A stretch of 63,950 nt of DNA, filler included, from Conidiobolus incongruus B7586 (GCA_000697335.1; 46 parts of 46 records of this genome joined end to end with filler, not necessarily neighbours in it), one strand, 5' to 3'; counted from the whole stretch's first letter, positions 1-14,249 are shown. Translations and numbers: made by a program. Notes: generated from the letters alone by a model not told the origin.

Positions 1-1322
1 AAATTTTTATAATTAATATAATTAATAACAAATCATATATATTTTTAAATATAACTTCTTTTAATTATTATTCATATTATATATTAAAATATTGACTATT
101 TTTGATATCAACTATAGCATATAGCATTTTAATATTATAAAATAATTTTTATTTTAAAATAATAAAAAAAATTTAATTATTTGATATATCCATTAATTAA
201 AAATTTAATTGATTATAGCTGCCTTAGCATTTTAAAAATATATTTGTAAAATAGAAACCTATTATTAATAAATTCTTTTAGTCTATTTAATATTAAAATT
301 TATTTATTAATATAGAGGTATGTGAATATTAAAAAATGTCTAAAAACATAATAAAGGACTATTAATAATAAAATATAATATTAATCAAATATTGTTTTTC
401 ATTTATAATTTATTAAATATAAAATTTGTTTTTTATTTTTATATTATATTATTATAGAATCTTTAGATTAATATGATTTAATTAATGATATTTATAGTAA
501 ATTCGATCTTAAGTAATATCTGATAGCTTTATATTTTTGACATAAAAATTTTGTTTTTGCAAAGCGTTAATATTAAATTAATCCAAAATAAAAATGAGAA
601 TAGTATTTATTAGTTTTACCATATATCTTGTTATTATATTATATTATTAACATTATTTATTAACTTAATAACATAGTTATAGCATATATTAAATTGAAAT
701 TAAAATTAATTCTTTATATATACTCTATTTCTTGACTTAATACTTCACATACTAATATTTTTTTATTATATTTTAATGTTTTCAATATTAAAGAAAGATA
801 ATTGATTATATTATTTATCGAAACTTCTTATTGTTGAACAATTATTTTTGAAAATAAAAAGTTTTAAATTCATATTAATAACAGTCTTAAAAAAACTATA
901 TTAAATAATTTAATATAAATTTAAAATTAAATTCAAAAAATTATATTTTAATATATATATATATAATATCTTTGTGATACTCATGGATATTCAATCATTT
1001 TGAGATTATTCAAGTTAATTCCATATTTTAATAGTAATAAACCTTGCCAATATTGAAAATATTTAAAATAAAATTAATTTGAATTATATTTTGAAATATT
1101 TATTATTAAAGTACAATATTAACTAGTATTAATAATATTATCATAGAATTGAAAAAATAGGAAATTTTTCAATTTCTGATTATTTGGACTTATTATTAGT
1201 TTCAAATAAAAAAATATATAGANNNNNNNNNNNNNNNNNNNNNNNNNNNNNNNNNNNNNNNNNNNNTTAATTAATTAANNNNNNNNNNNNNNNNNNNNNN
1301 NNNNNNNNNNNNNNNNNNNNNN

Positions 1323-2533
1323 TATAAAAAATTTTAAATGATATGTATATATTCAGTTTTGATTATTTTTTTATTATAATATTTTGATTTTATTATTTAT
1401 ACTTAAATTTAATTATATTTAAACAAAATATTGATTATTAAAAATATTTTATTTTTATATCTTTAAAACTTACCATTAATTATTTCAAATCATTTAAAAC
1501 TTACAAATAACTTATAAAAATAATGTTTATTCTATAACTACTATATATCATTAGATTTGAGATTTTAAAGCTTATAAGGATATTATTTAAATTTTTTATA
1601 ATCTAAAAGATTAATTTCTACTATTATTCTTGTATTTATTAACAATGAAAAAAAATTATATTAAAAAATATTTTTTTATTTTATTTACAAAACTATTAAA
1701 AAAATTTAATATTAATTATATAAGCATATTATATATCCTTAAGTTTAAACTTAGATTAATTAATAAGAATATAAAATAAATATCTTATAATATAACAAAA
1801 GTTTAAAAGAAAATTAAAATAATTAGAGCTAAATCAAACTTATTAATATATAACTAAAAACAAAAGTTTTTATAACAAACTCTTATAATTAATATATCTT
1901 AAACTTCTTTATATAATTTTTTACATAAAAAAACAAAAAGTTACGATAAGTTAAATTAAACTTTTCCATAAATTCTAATAAATAAATATTTTAGATATAA
2001 GTGAATATTAATTATTATAATAGATTGTAATTTTAAATGCTTTTCTTATTTAATATCTAAAGGAAAATCAATTAATAATAAATTATATATTATTTTTAAA
2101 TAGAATAATTTTTAAATAATGTTTTTAATATAAATTAAGGATTTTTATTATTTTACATAATAATTACAAAATATATAAAGCTAAAGCAATAAAAGATTTT
2201 TTATATAAAAAAACTAGGAAAAGTTACAATATTTTATATGTTTACTTAATTATAGCCTATATAATTATAATTATTTTAAATAATTAAGAAATTAGCTTAT
2301 AGGAAAAAAATTTTTGTAAACAAATTAATTTAATTTATAAAATATGAAATTTTAGTTTTTAATAAAAAGATAGATTTTTTAGATAATAGAAGTTTCATAA
2401 GAATATAAGAAAAAGATATTAATAATAAAAGAGTCTTTTAATTTTATATTATATATTATTTATTAATATTTCTATTTAATTTAAATTTTAAATTTATGCT
2501 TTTATTTAATTTTTACACTATTATTAATTAATA
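1323..2533 (+). mobile_element. Degenerate mariner (DD34D) transposon copy
   Basis: Colinear with the copy at 6571-7729; decayed YSPDYNPCDY region near 2237-2270. Confidence 0.85.
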
Positions 2534-2671
2534 NNNNNNNNNNNNNNNNNNNNNNNNNNNNNNNNNNNNNNNNNNNNTTAATTAATTAANNNNNNNNNNN
2601 NNNNNNNNNNNNNNNNNNNNNNNNNNNNNNNNNATATAAAATTTATAAGAATATGTTCTTATTTTTAATTA

Positions 2672-3839
2672 TTACTCTGTATTTTTAATAATGTGAATTT
2701 TTTGCAATTAAAAATAAATAAATATTTTAATATATAATATATAAAAATATATATATAATATAAATTTAGTAGTTTCTTTTATTATTAATAACTTTTTGCT
2801 TAATTTTTAACAAACTTCTAATATTTAAAAATTAATTCTTTTTATTAAAGACTGAAATTTGATATTTTACAAACTAATTAAATTTTCTTATAGAAATTTT
2901 TTTTCTTATAAGCTGGTTTTTTAATTATCTAAAGTAATTATAATCACATAGGTTATAACCTAAAGAATATATTAGATATGGTAGTTTTTTCAAGTTATTT
3001 TTAATTAGAAAGTTTTTCATAGCTTTAAATTTATGTATTTTATCATTTATCATATAAAATAATAAGTTTTTTAAATTATATTGAGAATATTAATTAGAAA
3101 TACCTTTATTTAAAAAAACAATATAAAGTTTACTATTAATTGATTTTTTTTCAGGAACTAAATAAGAGTAATATATATAATTATAATCTATTACAATAAT
3201 TAATATTCATTTACTAATAAAATATTTAATTAAATGGATTTATAAAAAGGGTTGATTCAACTTAATCTAATACCTTGATTTGTATTTTAATAAAAAATTA
3301 TATATAAAGATTTAAGATTCATAAATTATAATCATTCATTATAAAAGTTTAAGCTTCTAATAATATTTTAATAAGCTTTATTTAATAATAACTATTCTAA
3401 CTTTTTTTAAGTTTCAATTAAATTATAAAATATCTATTTTATATTTTTATTTATTAATTTGAGTTTAAACTATAATATATACAAAATACTTATAAAACTA
3501 ATATTAAAATATTTAGATTATTTTTTAATTGAAATAAAAAGATACTTTTTAATATATTCTTTCACTCTATTAACAATTAAAAAAGTAATAGTTAAAGTTG
3601 GTTTTTTAGATTTTAACAGGTTTTAGATAATTTCACTTTTAACCTCAAAATAATCTATCTAGAAATAAATTGTTAATTTAAATAATATTTCATTATTAAA
3701 AGTTGCTTATAAATTTTAAATAATTTTAAAGGGTTTATGGTTAAGTTTTACTAATACTAAAATAAAAAACTCTTGATAATTACTATTTAGTTTAAATATG
3801 ATTAAATTAAATAATTAATTTTAAAAAATTAATTATCTA
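2672..3839 (-). mobile_element. Degenerate mariner (DD34D) copy including right terminus
   Basis: Reverse complement of the family; terminus TA|TTACTCTGTATT at 2672 is shared with 16101 and, inverted, with 10030. Confidence 0.88.
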
Positions 3840-3949
3840 NNNNNNNNNNNNNNNNNNNNNNNNNNNNNNNNNNNNNNNNNNNNTTAATTAATTAANNNNN
3901 NNNNNNNNNNNNNNNNNNNNNNNNNNNNNNNNNNNNNNNAGCTTTATTT

Positions 3950-4600
3950 TTTAAATAAAGCTTTATAATAATTTATAGATTTAATTTTCTTTAGTGATAT
4001 TTGGTATATTTAAGTATATCTTATTAAATTTCTTAATTAATTATTTTGTAGAAATTATTTATTTCAGTTAAGAAAGTTTTTCTCTTGTTAATTAAACATA
4101 ATATTTTAAGTTATATCTTTTTTAAGGGATTTTTCTAATTATTTAAAAGTTTATATTTTTATAATAAGTTATCCTTTTAAAAATTCTTTAGGATTAAACC
4201 TATTATAAAATAATTATTAAATATAGGTAAATTTTTTCAAAAAAATAATTAATTTGATGATATTTTTTTTATTTTAATTAAGAATTAAATTTAAACAATT
4301 TTTTAAATTTTTAAGGTAGTTTTTAAGCTTGTAAAAGTTTTTAAAATTATTATAAATAATTAATTTATCTTTAAAAATATTAAGAAAGTAATCTCAAATA
4401 TTAATAAAAGTGAAATAACTAGTTTATTAGATTTAAGCTTTTTAAGTTATTTTTTTCTTAATTAAAAATTATTTAATATAAACTTTTTAAAAGTTAATAA
4501 ACTTTTAAAGATTAAAATTTTAAAATTACTTAATAATTAAACAATTATTATTATTGAAAATAATATAATAGTATTTTTTTAGTGGTATAATTATATCAAA
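3950..4600 (-). pseudogene. Decayed retrotransposon gag-like relic (Ty3/Gypsy Retrotrans_gag-like)
   Basis: Minus strand near 4070-3960 reads *LK*IISTK*LIKKFNKIYLNIPNITKEN*IYKLL, resembling gag LKQTTSV.EY...F.E..L.IP...E once transitions are reversed; lies just downstream of the LTR and PBS at 4695-5114. Confidence 0.4.
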
Positions 4601-4694
4601 TATTCAATTTAAATAAAATAAGCAATAAATAAAATTAAAAAAAATAAATAAAGTTAATATAAGTAGCTAATATTTTTCTAATAATGTTTAATAA

Positions 4695-5114
4695 TTTTAT
4701 TACTATTATAATATAAATATAATAGTAAATGGTTATTAATATAATATAGAAAAAAACTTAATATAAAGGTATTATAATATAAAATATAATGATATAATAT
4801 AGAATATAATATGAAAATATAAACAAAGTTTAATTAAACTTTAAACTGGGATAAGTCACTAATATATTAAAACTTATATTAGGTAATATCAATATTTTAT
4901 TATATTAATAGAATAGAGTTTCAATTTTAGAGATAATATAAAAGATAAGAAATAGTAAAATTGAAAAGAAAAAAGAGAAACCTAGTTTATTAAATAATTT
5001 AATATTATTTATATAATTAATTTAGCTAAAAAGATATAGATTAATTATATAATTTATAGTTAATTGAATTATAAAAAAATATATATAAAAATTTAAAATA
5101 CTAATTTCTTAAAA
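4695..5114 (-). mobile_element. ~405-bp LTR-like repeat (family C) with adjacent PBS-like site at 4695-4705
   Basis: Aligns with 31252-31656 and 43551-43956; minus-strand TAGTAATAAAA differs from the iMet-type PBS TGGTAGCAGAG only by G->A and C->T changes. Confidence 0.6.
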
Positions 5115-5240
5115 ATTATTATTATTATTTTAATTATTAANNNNNNNNNNNNNNNNNNNNNNNNNNNNNNNNNNNNNNNNNNNNTTAATTAATTAANNNN
5201 NNNNNNNNNNNNNNNNNNNNNNNNNNNNNNNNNNNNNNNN

Positions 5241-6437
5241 TAACTCTGTTAATTCTTAATCAAATTAATTTAAATTAAAATATATAATAAACTTATATTA
5301 TTTATTTATTATTAAGTATATTTGATATAATTATATTAACTTTTAGTTGATATATTAAAATTTAAATTTTACCTAAGATAAGTTATAAATTTACAAATTT
5401 TAATTATGAAAAGAAAATTAAAACTTAATATATCTATCTTTTGCTTTCTTAACTTCTTTAAGTTTATAAGGTATAGAGTCAACTAACTTTTTATATTAAG
5501 AAAGATTAATTTTATTTTAAGCTTCTTAAATATATTCCCAAAGCTCATTTAAATTTTTTGCTAGTGGGAAAGCTTTAATTACTTTTTTTAACTAATTCTA
5601 AAGGTGTTTAATTAGATTAAAATTAAAAGATTAAAGAAACTACTTTATAACTATTATTTTATTATTTTTCAACCATTTGATAGTAGAAATAATAGTATAA
5701 CAAAAGGTATTATCTTATTAGAAAATAATATCTAATTTTTTTAACCTATATTATTCAATAGTTTTTTTTAATTTATTATTTAGAATATTTTAATATATTT
5801 AATATTAATTCCCCCATTAACTTTACAAAGATACTTTACACTAGAAGATAATATATATCCCTAAACTATAATTAACCTATTATTATATTTTTAGGTTAAA
5901 ATAACATAATAGTTACAAAGTAGTTTTTTGTTTTTTCTAAAATATCTAGTTTTTCTATTAAATTTACTAAAGTATATTTTTATTTCATTAAATTAAATAA
6001 CCTTACTTTAATTAATTTTAGTTCAACTTTAGTAGTGACATTTAAATTCCCATCTAGCTTTATAATAAAACTTCTTTAGTTGGGGGTGTTTTTTCTTAAG
6101 GTGCAAGTGGTATCTATTATAATATAAAATATATATAATAGTATTAAAATTAATTAATATTCTTATATAGTCTTGTAATTCTTTTTATACTTCTATAGTA
6201 ATATTATATTTACTAATATTAACCAACTTATAAATATACCTTTTATTATATTTATCTATAATCTTAACACACCTAAGTTTAAGTTTAGATATATCTTTAC
6301 TATAATTTTTAATAGTTTAGTTATAATAAACTAGCTAGCACTAGTAATTCCAGCAATCTTATAAGTTGATTTAACTTTATTATAAAGTTAATTAATATAA
6401 GTGAATTTTTTTAGAAAGGTAATTAAATATTTTAATA
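5241..6437 (-). mobile_element. Degenerate Tc1-like (DD34E) transposon copy
   Basis: Reverse complement of the family; retains K-K-H-P-Q-L (ttagttgggggtgttttttc, ~6077-6096) and R-W-E-F. Confidence 0.9.
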
Positions 6438-6537
6438 NNNNNNNNNNNNNNNNNNNNNNNNNNNNNNNNNNNNNNNNNNNNTTAATTAATTAANNNNNNN
6501 NNNNNNNNNNNNNNNNNNNNNNNNNNNNNNNNNNNNN

Positions 6538-6570
<33 letters not shown>

Positions 6571-6578
<8 letters not shown>

Positions 6579-7729
6579 TAATTATCTTTCTTATTAAAAT
6601 ATTTTGATTTTAAAATTTATATTTAAATTTAATCATATTTAAATTAAATTATGATTATCAAAAGGCTTTCATTTTTGTATCCTCAAAACTTAACTATAAA
6701 CCTTCTAAAATCATCTAAAACTTGCAAATAGCTTATAAAGATGGTGCTTTATCTAAAATTACCATATATCACTAGATTTATAATTTTCAAGCTAAAAGGG
6801 ATATTATTTAAAATTTATTAAAATCTAAAACCTCATTTCTATTATTACTCTTTTTATTTACCAATAAAGTAAAAAAATATACTAAGAAATACCCTTTTAT
6901 TTTTTTAAAGAATTATCAAGTTAATTTAATATTAACCATATAAGTATATTATAATTATTTAAGTTTAAACTTAGATTAATTAATAAAAATATAAAATGGA
7001 TATCTTATAATTTAACAAAAACTTAAAAATAACTAAAATAATTATTGCTAAAATAAATTTATTAAGATATAACCAAAAATTAAGGTTTTTACAATAAATA
7101 CTTATAATTAATGAATTTTAAATTTTTTTTATAATCCTTTATCTAAAAATAAAACAAGATGTTAGGTTAAGTTAAATTAATCCCCTCCATAAATTCCAAT
7201 AAATAAATATTTTAAATATAAGCAAATGTTAATTATTATAATGGATTATGATGCTATATAGTCTTTTTATTTAATATCTCAAGGAAAATCAATTAATAGT
7301 AAATTATATATTATCTTTTTAAATAAAATAATTTCTAAATAATATTCTTAATATAAATTAAGGATATTTATCTTTTTGCATGATAATTGCAAAATATATA
7401 AAACTAAAGCTATAAATGATTTTATATATAAAAAAAATCAAGGGAATTACTATATCAAGTATATTCACTTGATTATAACCTATATGATTATAATTGTTTT
7501 AAATATTTAAAAAACCAGCTTGCAAGAAAAAAAATTCCTTCAAATAAATTAAATTGGTTTATAAAACATCAAGGTTAAGTTTTTAATAAAAAAAACTATT
7601 ATTTAGATATTAGAAACTTATTAAAAATATAGAAAAGAGTTATTAATAATATAAAAGGCTATTAATTTTATATTATTCATTAATTTTTATTTATTATTTA
7701 TTCATTTATTTAATGATTTATTTATTTAA
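6571..7729 (+). mobile_element. Degenerate mariner (DD34D) copy, best preserved transposase
   Basis: Translates to NLQIAYKDGALSKITIYH*I.NFQA.RD (Mos1-type HTH), KWISYNLT (WVPHEL motif, ~6995-7018), LHDNCK (~7376-7393) and YSLDYNLYDYNCF (YSPDLAPSDY motif, ~7462-7500). Confidence 0.92.
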
Positions 7730-9104
7730 NNNNNNNNNNNNNNNNNNNNNNNNNNNNNNNNNNNNNNNNNNNNTTAATTAATTAANNNNNNNNNNNNNNN
7801 NNNNNNNNNNNNNNNNNNNNNNNNNNNNNATATATATTTTTTAATTTAATTAATTAAATTTAAATCTTATATTTAATATATAGTTAATAATATAATATCA
7901 GAGTTAAAATATTTTATAAATATAGTTAATATGAAAAAAAACTCTATATAAATGATTTAATTTTATTTTAATATTTTAAAATATTTACTTTATTAAGTTA
8001 ACTCCAATTTATCCTATTTTTTCCAAATTTCAAATAGATTATTTTTTTCAAAATTAAAAATAATCACTTAGTTAAAAAAATTAAAAAAATTTAGTTAAAA
8101 AATAGCTTATTTATTTTTTTAATTTATAAAACATATTAATTTTCTCTTTTAAAATATAAAAATAAAAATAAAAGTTTATAATTATAGTTTATAATAATAT
8201 AACTTTATTCTATATTCATCAAATGACTATTATTTTATATTAAATGCTTTATAAATTTATTAGCAAAAATATTGTTTTTAGGTTTTATCTTGTTTTTTTA
8301 TCTTATCCAATATTAATAATAATAATAATAATAAAGATTTTTTAAATTATAGTTGATAAAAGCTATACTTAATTAGTTAAAACAATAGAAAAACTATGAA
8401 TCTTGGTGTTTTAACAAATTAAATATGTTTTTTAAATATATAGGTTTGTCCTTATTTTGGAAAAAATGGGTTATATGAAGTTAAGAAAAAAACTTAATAA
8501 AATATTTAATTATATGAACTTTAATTTATAAGTTTAAAGCTATTGAACAAATTTTAATAAATAAATGATATAATAAAAATAACCCTTTGTTTATAATAGT
8601 CAATGGTTTTTTAATATAAGATAATTTAATTATTAAAGCTTTTAATATAGCTTTTATAGTTTTTTTATTATATTATCAATTTTATTATAAAAAATTAAAT
8701 CCTTTAGCTAATAAAAATAAAATAATAATAACTTTGACCTTTTATTATTTACTCTAAATAAAAACTCTAGAAACATAAATAAAATAAAAAAAATAGTTAA
8801 AATATTTATTTTTCCTATTTTTTTAAGATTATTAAAAAAATATAAAAGAGTATAATAAAATCTTAAGATAATAAATTAAGTTATAATAACTATAAGAAAT
8901 ATTACATTTATAAATTTTAAATAATATTAGTTTTTTATAAAAATCTCTTATAATTAATATAAAGATATTTTAAAAAAAGTTATTAATTAATATAATTTTT
9001 ATTANNNNNNNNNNNNNNNNNNNNNNNNNNNNNNNNNNNNNNNNNNNNTTAATTAATTAANNNNNNNNNNNNNNNNNNNNNNNNNNNNNNNNNNNNNNNN
9101 NNNN

Positions 9105-10030
9105 AATTTCAATTCCTATTTTTTCAATTTTTAATAGAGTGAAAAAATATATTAAAAAGCACTTATTTATTTTAATTAAAGAATTATCAAGTTATTTTAA
9201 TATTAGTTATATAAATATATATATATATATTAAAATTAAAGTTAAAATTAATTAATAAAAATTTAAAATTTATACTCTATAAAGTAACTAAAGCTTAAAA
9301 AAGCTAAAATAGTTATTATTAAACAAAACCTATTATAGTATAGCTAGAAACCAATGATTTTATAATAAGTTATTATAATTGATAAATCTTAGATTTTTTT
9401 ATATAATCCAATATCAAAACATAAATTAAGATATTAGATTAAGCTAAATTAACCCCTTTTAAAAGTTTTTTAAATAAACAATGTATTGATAAATGAATAT
9501 AAATTGTTATAATAAATTATAATATATTTTGCTATTGTTATTTAGTTTTTAGAAGATAATTAATTAATAATATATTTTATATTGCTTTTTCAATAAAGTT
9601 AATATTAGTTAGTATTATTAATATAATTTAAAAAAACCCTATTATTTTGCATATTAATTTTAAATTATATAAATCTAAAGCTATAAAAAACTTATTAATT
9701 AAAAAAAACTAGAAAAAGTTATTATATCTAATATATTCCCTGGATTATAACTTATATGATTATAATTGTTTTAAATAATTAAAGAACTAATTTATAAGAA
9801 AGAAAATTTTTACAAAAAAATTTAATTGGTTTGTAAAATATTAAATTTCAATTCATAATAAAAAAACTGTTTTTTAAGTATTATAAATATTATTAAAAAT
9901 AGAGCAAAAAGTTAATAAAAATAAAAAAATTATTAATTTTATTTTATATATTGATTTTTACAAATTATATATCAAAATGTTTATTTTTTTCCAATTACAA
10001 CAAATTCCTATTATTTAAATTATAAAGTAA
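9105..10030 (+). mobile_element. Degenerate mariner (DD34D) copy with right terminus
   Basis: In-frame from LH(D)N to YS(P)DYN(PC)DY with 34 codons between the two catalytic Asp positions (~9650-9760); ends ...caaattcctattatttaaattataaagtaa|TA. Confidence 0.9.
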
Positions 10031-10370
10031 TATTAATTGATTAATCTCAAGATATTAAAAAATTATATTAAATTATAATTTATTAATATATTGATATCTA
10101 TTTATACTTAAAATACTTATATATTAAAATTTATAAAAGATATTAAGTTAACTTATTTTTTTGTTTTATTGTTAAGCAAAAGATTATATAAAAAAACTTA
10201 AAATTTATTAATTATAAATATTTATTTTGAAAAACCTTTATTATTAATTATTTTTAATAAGTTTAGTTTANNNNNNNNNNNNNNNNNNNNNNNNNNNNNN
10301 NNNNNNNNNNNNNNTTAATTAATTAANNNNNNNNNNNNNNNNNNNNNNNNNNNNNNNNNNNNNNNNNNNN

Positions 10371-11505
10371 ATAGTTAAGGTTGTTAAAAATTATAATAAG
10401 GATATATCTAAACTTAATCTTAAGTGTATTAGGATTGTAGATAAATATTATGAAATATATATTTATAAGTTAGTTAATATAAGTAAATGTGATACTTTTA
10501 TAGAAGTATAGAAAGAATTATAAAACTATATAAGAATATCAGTTAGTACTAATACTATTATATATACTTTATATTATAATAGATAATATTTGAACCTCAA
10601 AAAAAACACCCTTAACTAAAGAAGTCCTATTATAAAGTTAGATGGGAGTTTAAATATCATCATTAATATTAAACTAAAATTAATTAAAGCAAGGTTATTT
10701 AATTTAATAAAACAAAAATATATTTTACTAAATTAAATTAAAAAGCTAGATACTTTAAAAAAAATATAAAATTATTTAATAACTATCATATTAATTTTAC
10801 CTAAAAATACAATAGTAAGATAATTATTATCTAAAGATATATATTGTTTTTAAATATAAGAAATCTTATAAAATTAATAGGGGAATTAATATTAAGATAT
10901 ACTAAAGTATTTTAAAAAATAAATTGAAAAAACCATTGAATAATATAGGTTAAATCAATCTTATGTTACTTTTTAAAAAGATAATACCTCTTGTTATACT
11001 ATAGCTTTTATTACTAGATAATTTAAAAATAATAAAAGAATAATAATAAAGTAGCAACTTTAATCTTTTAATTTTAACCTAATTGAATATTTTTAAGATT
11101 AGTTAAAAAAAGTTTTTAAAGCTTTTCCCCTAACAAAAGATTCAAATTAATTTTAAAAATATGTTCAAGAAATATAAAACAAGATTAACTTTTTTTAGTA
11201 AAAGAAGTTAGTTGATTCTATACCCTACAAACTTAAATGAGTTAAAAAAGCTAAAGATAGATACTTTAAGTTTTAATTTCTTTACTATTAATAAACTATA
11301 AATTTATAACTCACTTTAGGTAAAATTTAAGGGTTTATATTTTAATCAATTAATAGTTAAATATATTCATTTAATGATATATATTATTAATAGATATAAT
11401 AGATTTGAATTATATAATTTAAGTTTTTTTATTAAATATTAATTATGTTATTAATAAAAATATAAATGTTTTTGATTTTATAAATTATTTTTACTAGTTA
11501 GTTTA
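10371..11505 (+). mobile_element. Degenerate Tc1-like (DD34E) copy with right TIR
   Basis: KKHP.L.K, RWEF, KDNTSC and NLIE relics; right TIR ...ttttgattttataaattatttttactagtta. Confidence 0.9.
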
Positions 11506-11633
11506 TATAATATATAATATTAAAATAATATAANNNNNNNNNNNNNNNNNNNNNNNNNNNNNNNNNNNNNNNNNNNNTTAATTAATTAANNNNNNNNNNN
11601 NNNNNNNNNNNNNNNNNNNNNNNNNNNNNNNNN

Positions 11634-12000
11634 AAATTTTTTATAAATATTCAAAAAATAAAATTGTTAAATCATGTTATTATTAAAATTTATAAAAACT
11701 TGTTATATTATATGAAAAATATAGAATTTATAAAACTATAGCTATAAAATATTTATTAAATAAAAAAACCAATAAAAATTACCATATCTAATATATTTAA
11801 TAGATTATAAACCCAGATTGCTATAATTGTTTCAAATAATTAAAAAATTATCTTAAAGGAATATAATTTTAAAAAAATAAATTAACCTAGAATTGAAAAC
11901 ATCTAATTTTAATTTTAAATAAAAAAGGTGATGTTTTAAATAATAAGAGCTTGCTAAAATATGATGATAAGATTTTAATACTAAATCATATGATTATATT
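11634..12000 (+). mobile_element. Mariner (DD34D) 3' fragment
   Basis: accatatctaatatatttaatagattataaacccagattgctataattgtttc matches the YSPDYNPCDYNCF region. Confidence 0.65.
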
Positions 12001-12895
12001 TTATAATAAATATTCGTTTTATTATATTTTTGAATAAAAGTTTTACTTAAAAATAACTTGAAAAAAGGAATATTATTCAATTTTTAATCTTAAATTAAAA
12101 ATCTTAATATATATCAGGTTAGATAAAGGGTTTTAGCTAATTTTTGCCTTAGAATCTTATTTTTAAATATAATTTAATAAACTATATCTATAGATTATTT
12201 GTTGTTGATTATTAATATTGTTTTGAAAAATAATATTGTTATTAATTATTAATTTGATAAAAAAATGGAAATTAATATAAAATTAAAATAAACATATAAT
12301 CGAGATTTAATGATAATTTTTTATGATACTCTAGGATTTTTGATTATTTATTTATTATTAATTAGCTTGCAATAATTAATTCTACGCATATTATTAAAAA
12401 ATTATCACCTATTGACATAGTAACAAATACTACCAATATTATAATTTTTTTTAAATATTAATATCAATAATATTTAATTTTATATTCTGATCTATATAAA
12501 AACACCATCAAATTTATTATATTGTATTTTAAATAGGATTATTTGGTGATTAAAAATAAATAGACATTTTGATATAAATTAAATAAAAATGATAATATAG
12601 TATAAATTTAATGGTTTGTTTTATTATTAATAACCTTTGGATATATTTTTAGTATAATTCTAATATCTATAAAAGTTTTTTTTAATAAAACCTAAAATTC
12701 ATTATTTTATAAATTAATTAATTATTTTATGGAAATATTTTTTATAAACTATTTTTTACTTATTTAAATCAATTATTTTCATATAAACAATAATCNNNNN
12801 NNNNNNNNNNNNNNNNNNNNNNNNNNNNNNNNNNNNNNNTTAATTAATTAANNNNNNNNNNNNNNNNNNNNNNNNNNNNNNNNNNNNNNNNNNNN

Positions 12896-13030
12896 TATAT
12901 TCAAAAAATATTTAAAATCATTAAATAGTTTGAAAAAATTTATGGTCAAGTTTTATTAATATTAATATTTAATTACTCTGAATATAGTTATTTTTTATAT
13001 TTAAAATTAAATTATATTAAAATTTTAAAA
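12896..13030 (-). mobile_element. Mariner 5' fragment
   Basis: Matches 3710-3830 (tttatggtcaagttttattaatatta). Confidence 0.45.
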
Positions 13031-14249
13031 CTATTTATTATAAATTCAAAAACTATAATTCTATATTTAAATAATGGAAAAAATAAATTTTATTATAAAT
13101 ATTATATATATAAATATTTAAAAACTTAAATATTAAAATATTTCCAATTTTTAAAGTTTTAAGATAATATTAATGTTATATGACTATATTAAGTATAATA
13201 ATAAATTTTTATTAGTATAACTAATGGAATGTTATATTATTAATATCTATACCTAATAAAAATACTATATCTTAAATAATATATATTTTGGAATATATGG
13301 TGATAATATTAATCTTTTAACTTAAGCGCTTTTTTATATCTTGGTAATAGATTATATATTATAATCTATGATTTATCGATTATAAAGATTTTTATATCTA
13401 TATCTAGATAAGCTCTGTAGCAATATAATTTTATTAGTAGCTTTATTTTTTCTTTTATATATTGAGCTTGATTTTAAATAAATTATACCCATGGCTTTAA
13501 TTTTGAAATAATATCAAACTTTCGGAAAATATAATAAAAATCAAATTAATATCAAGATATAAAGATTATCCTAGTTTTTTTGTTAAAATAAATTGAGAGT
13601 ATTTAAAATATTTTTATTTTCTTATATTTTTTATTAATAGAAAATTTAAGATATCTTTGATAAAAGTATCTTTTTTATTATATTTTTAAGTTTTTAATTA
13701 ATAAAACTATTTGTAATATTAAATTTATAAGTATATTGCCATTAATTACTATTTTGGTATTTTATTTATAATTAAATTAACATATTTTTTTATATTATAA
13801 TATTTTAATAAATCCTTTTTTTTAACTCAGGTAAAATTTGAAATTATAAGATTTTTAAATTTTTTAATTAAAATTCTTTTAAACTAATATATTAAATATA
13901 TACTAAATATAATGATTTTTAATATAACCCAGTATTAGTAATAATTATGCCTAAATACAGTGATATTATTATTATTATTAATATAATATTTAATTTGAAT
14001 TTAGAAATTTATTTTTTAAATTATTAAAAATTATATTGANNNNNNNNNNNNNNNNNNNNNNNNNNNNNNNNNNNNNNNNNNNNTTAATTAATTAANNNNN
14101 NNNNNNNNNNNNNNNNNNNNNNNNNNNNNNNNNNNNNNNATAATTTTATAAAAATTAATATTAAATATAAATTAAAATATTATTTTATAATTTTAAAAAT
14201 GATAATTTTTTTATAATTATAAAATATACATATAAATATATAGTATAAA

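Noticed and set aside
7830..9004. Possible decayed transposase or gag in contigs 7830-9004, 36679-37699, 38921-39940 and 41157-42172 (the last two share a short aaattagttca.aaatata block)
   Set aside because: Probably TE relics, but too eroded to assign a family by eye.
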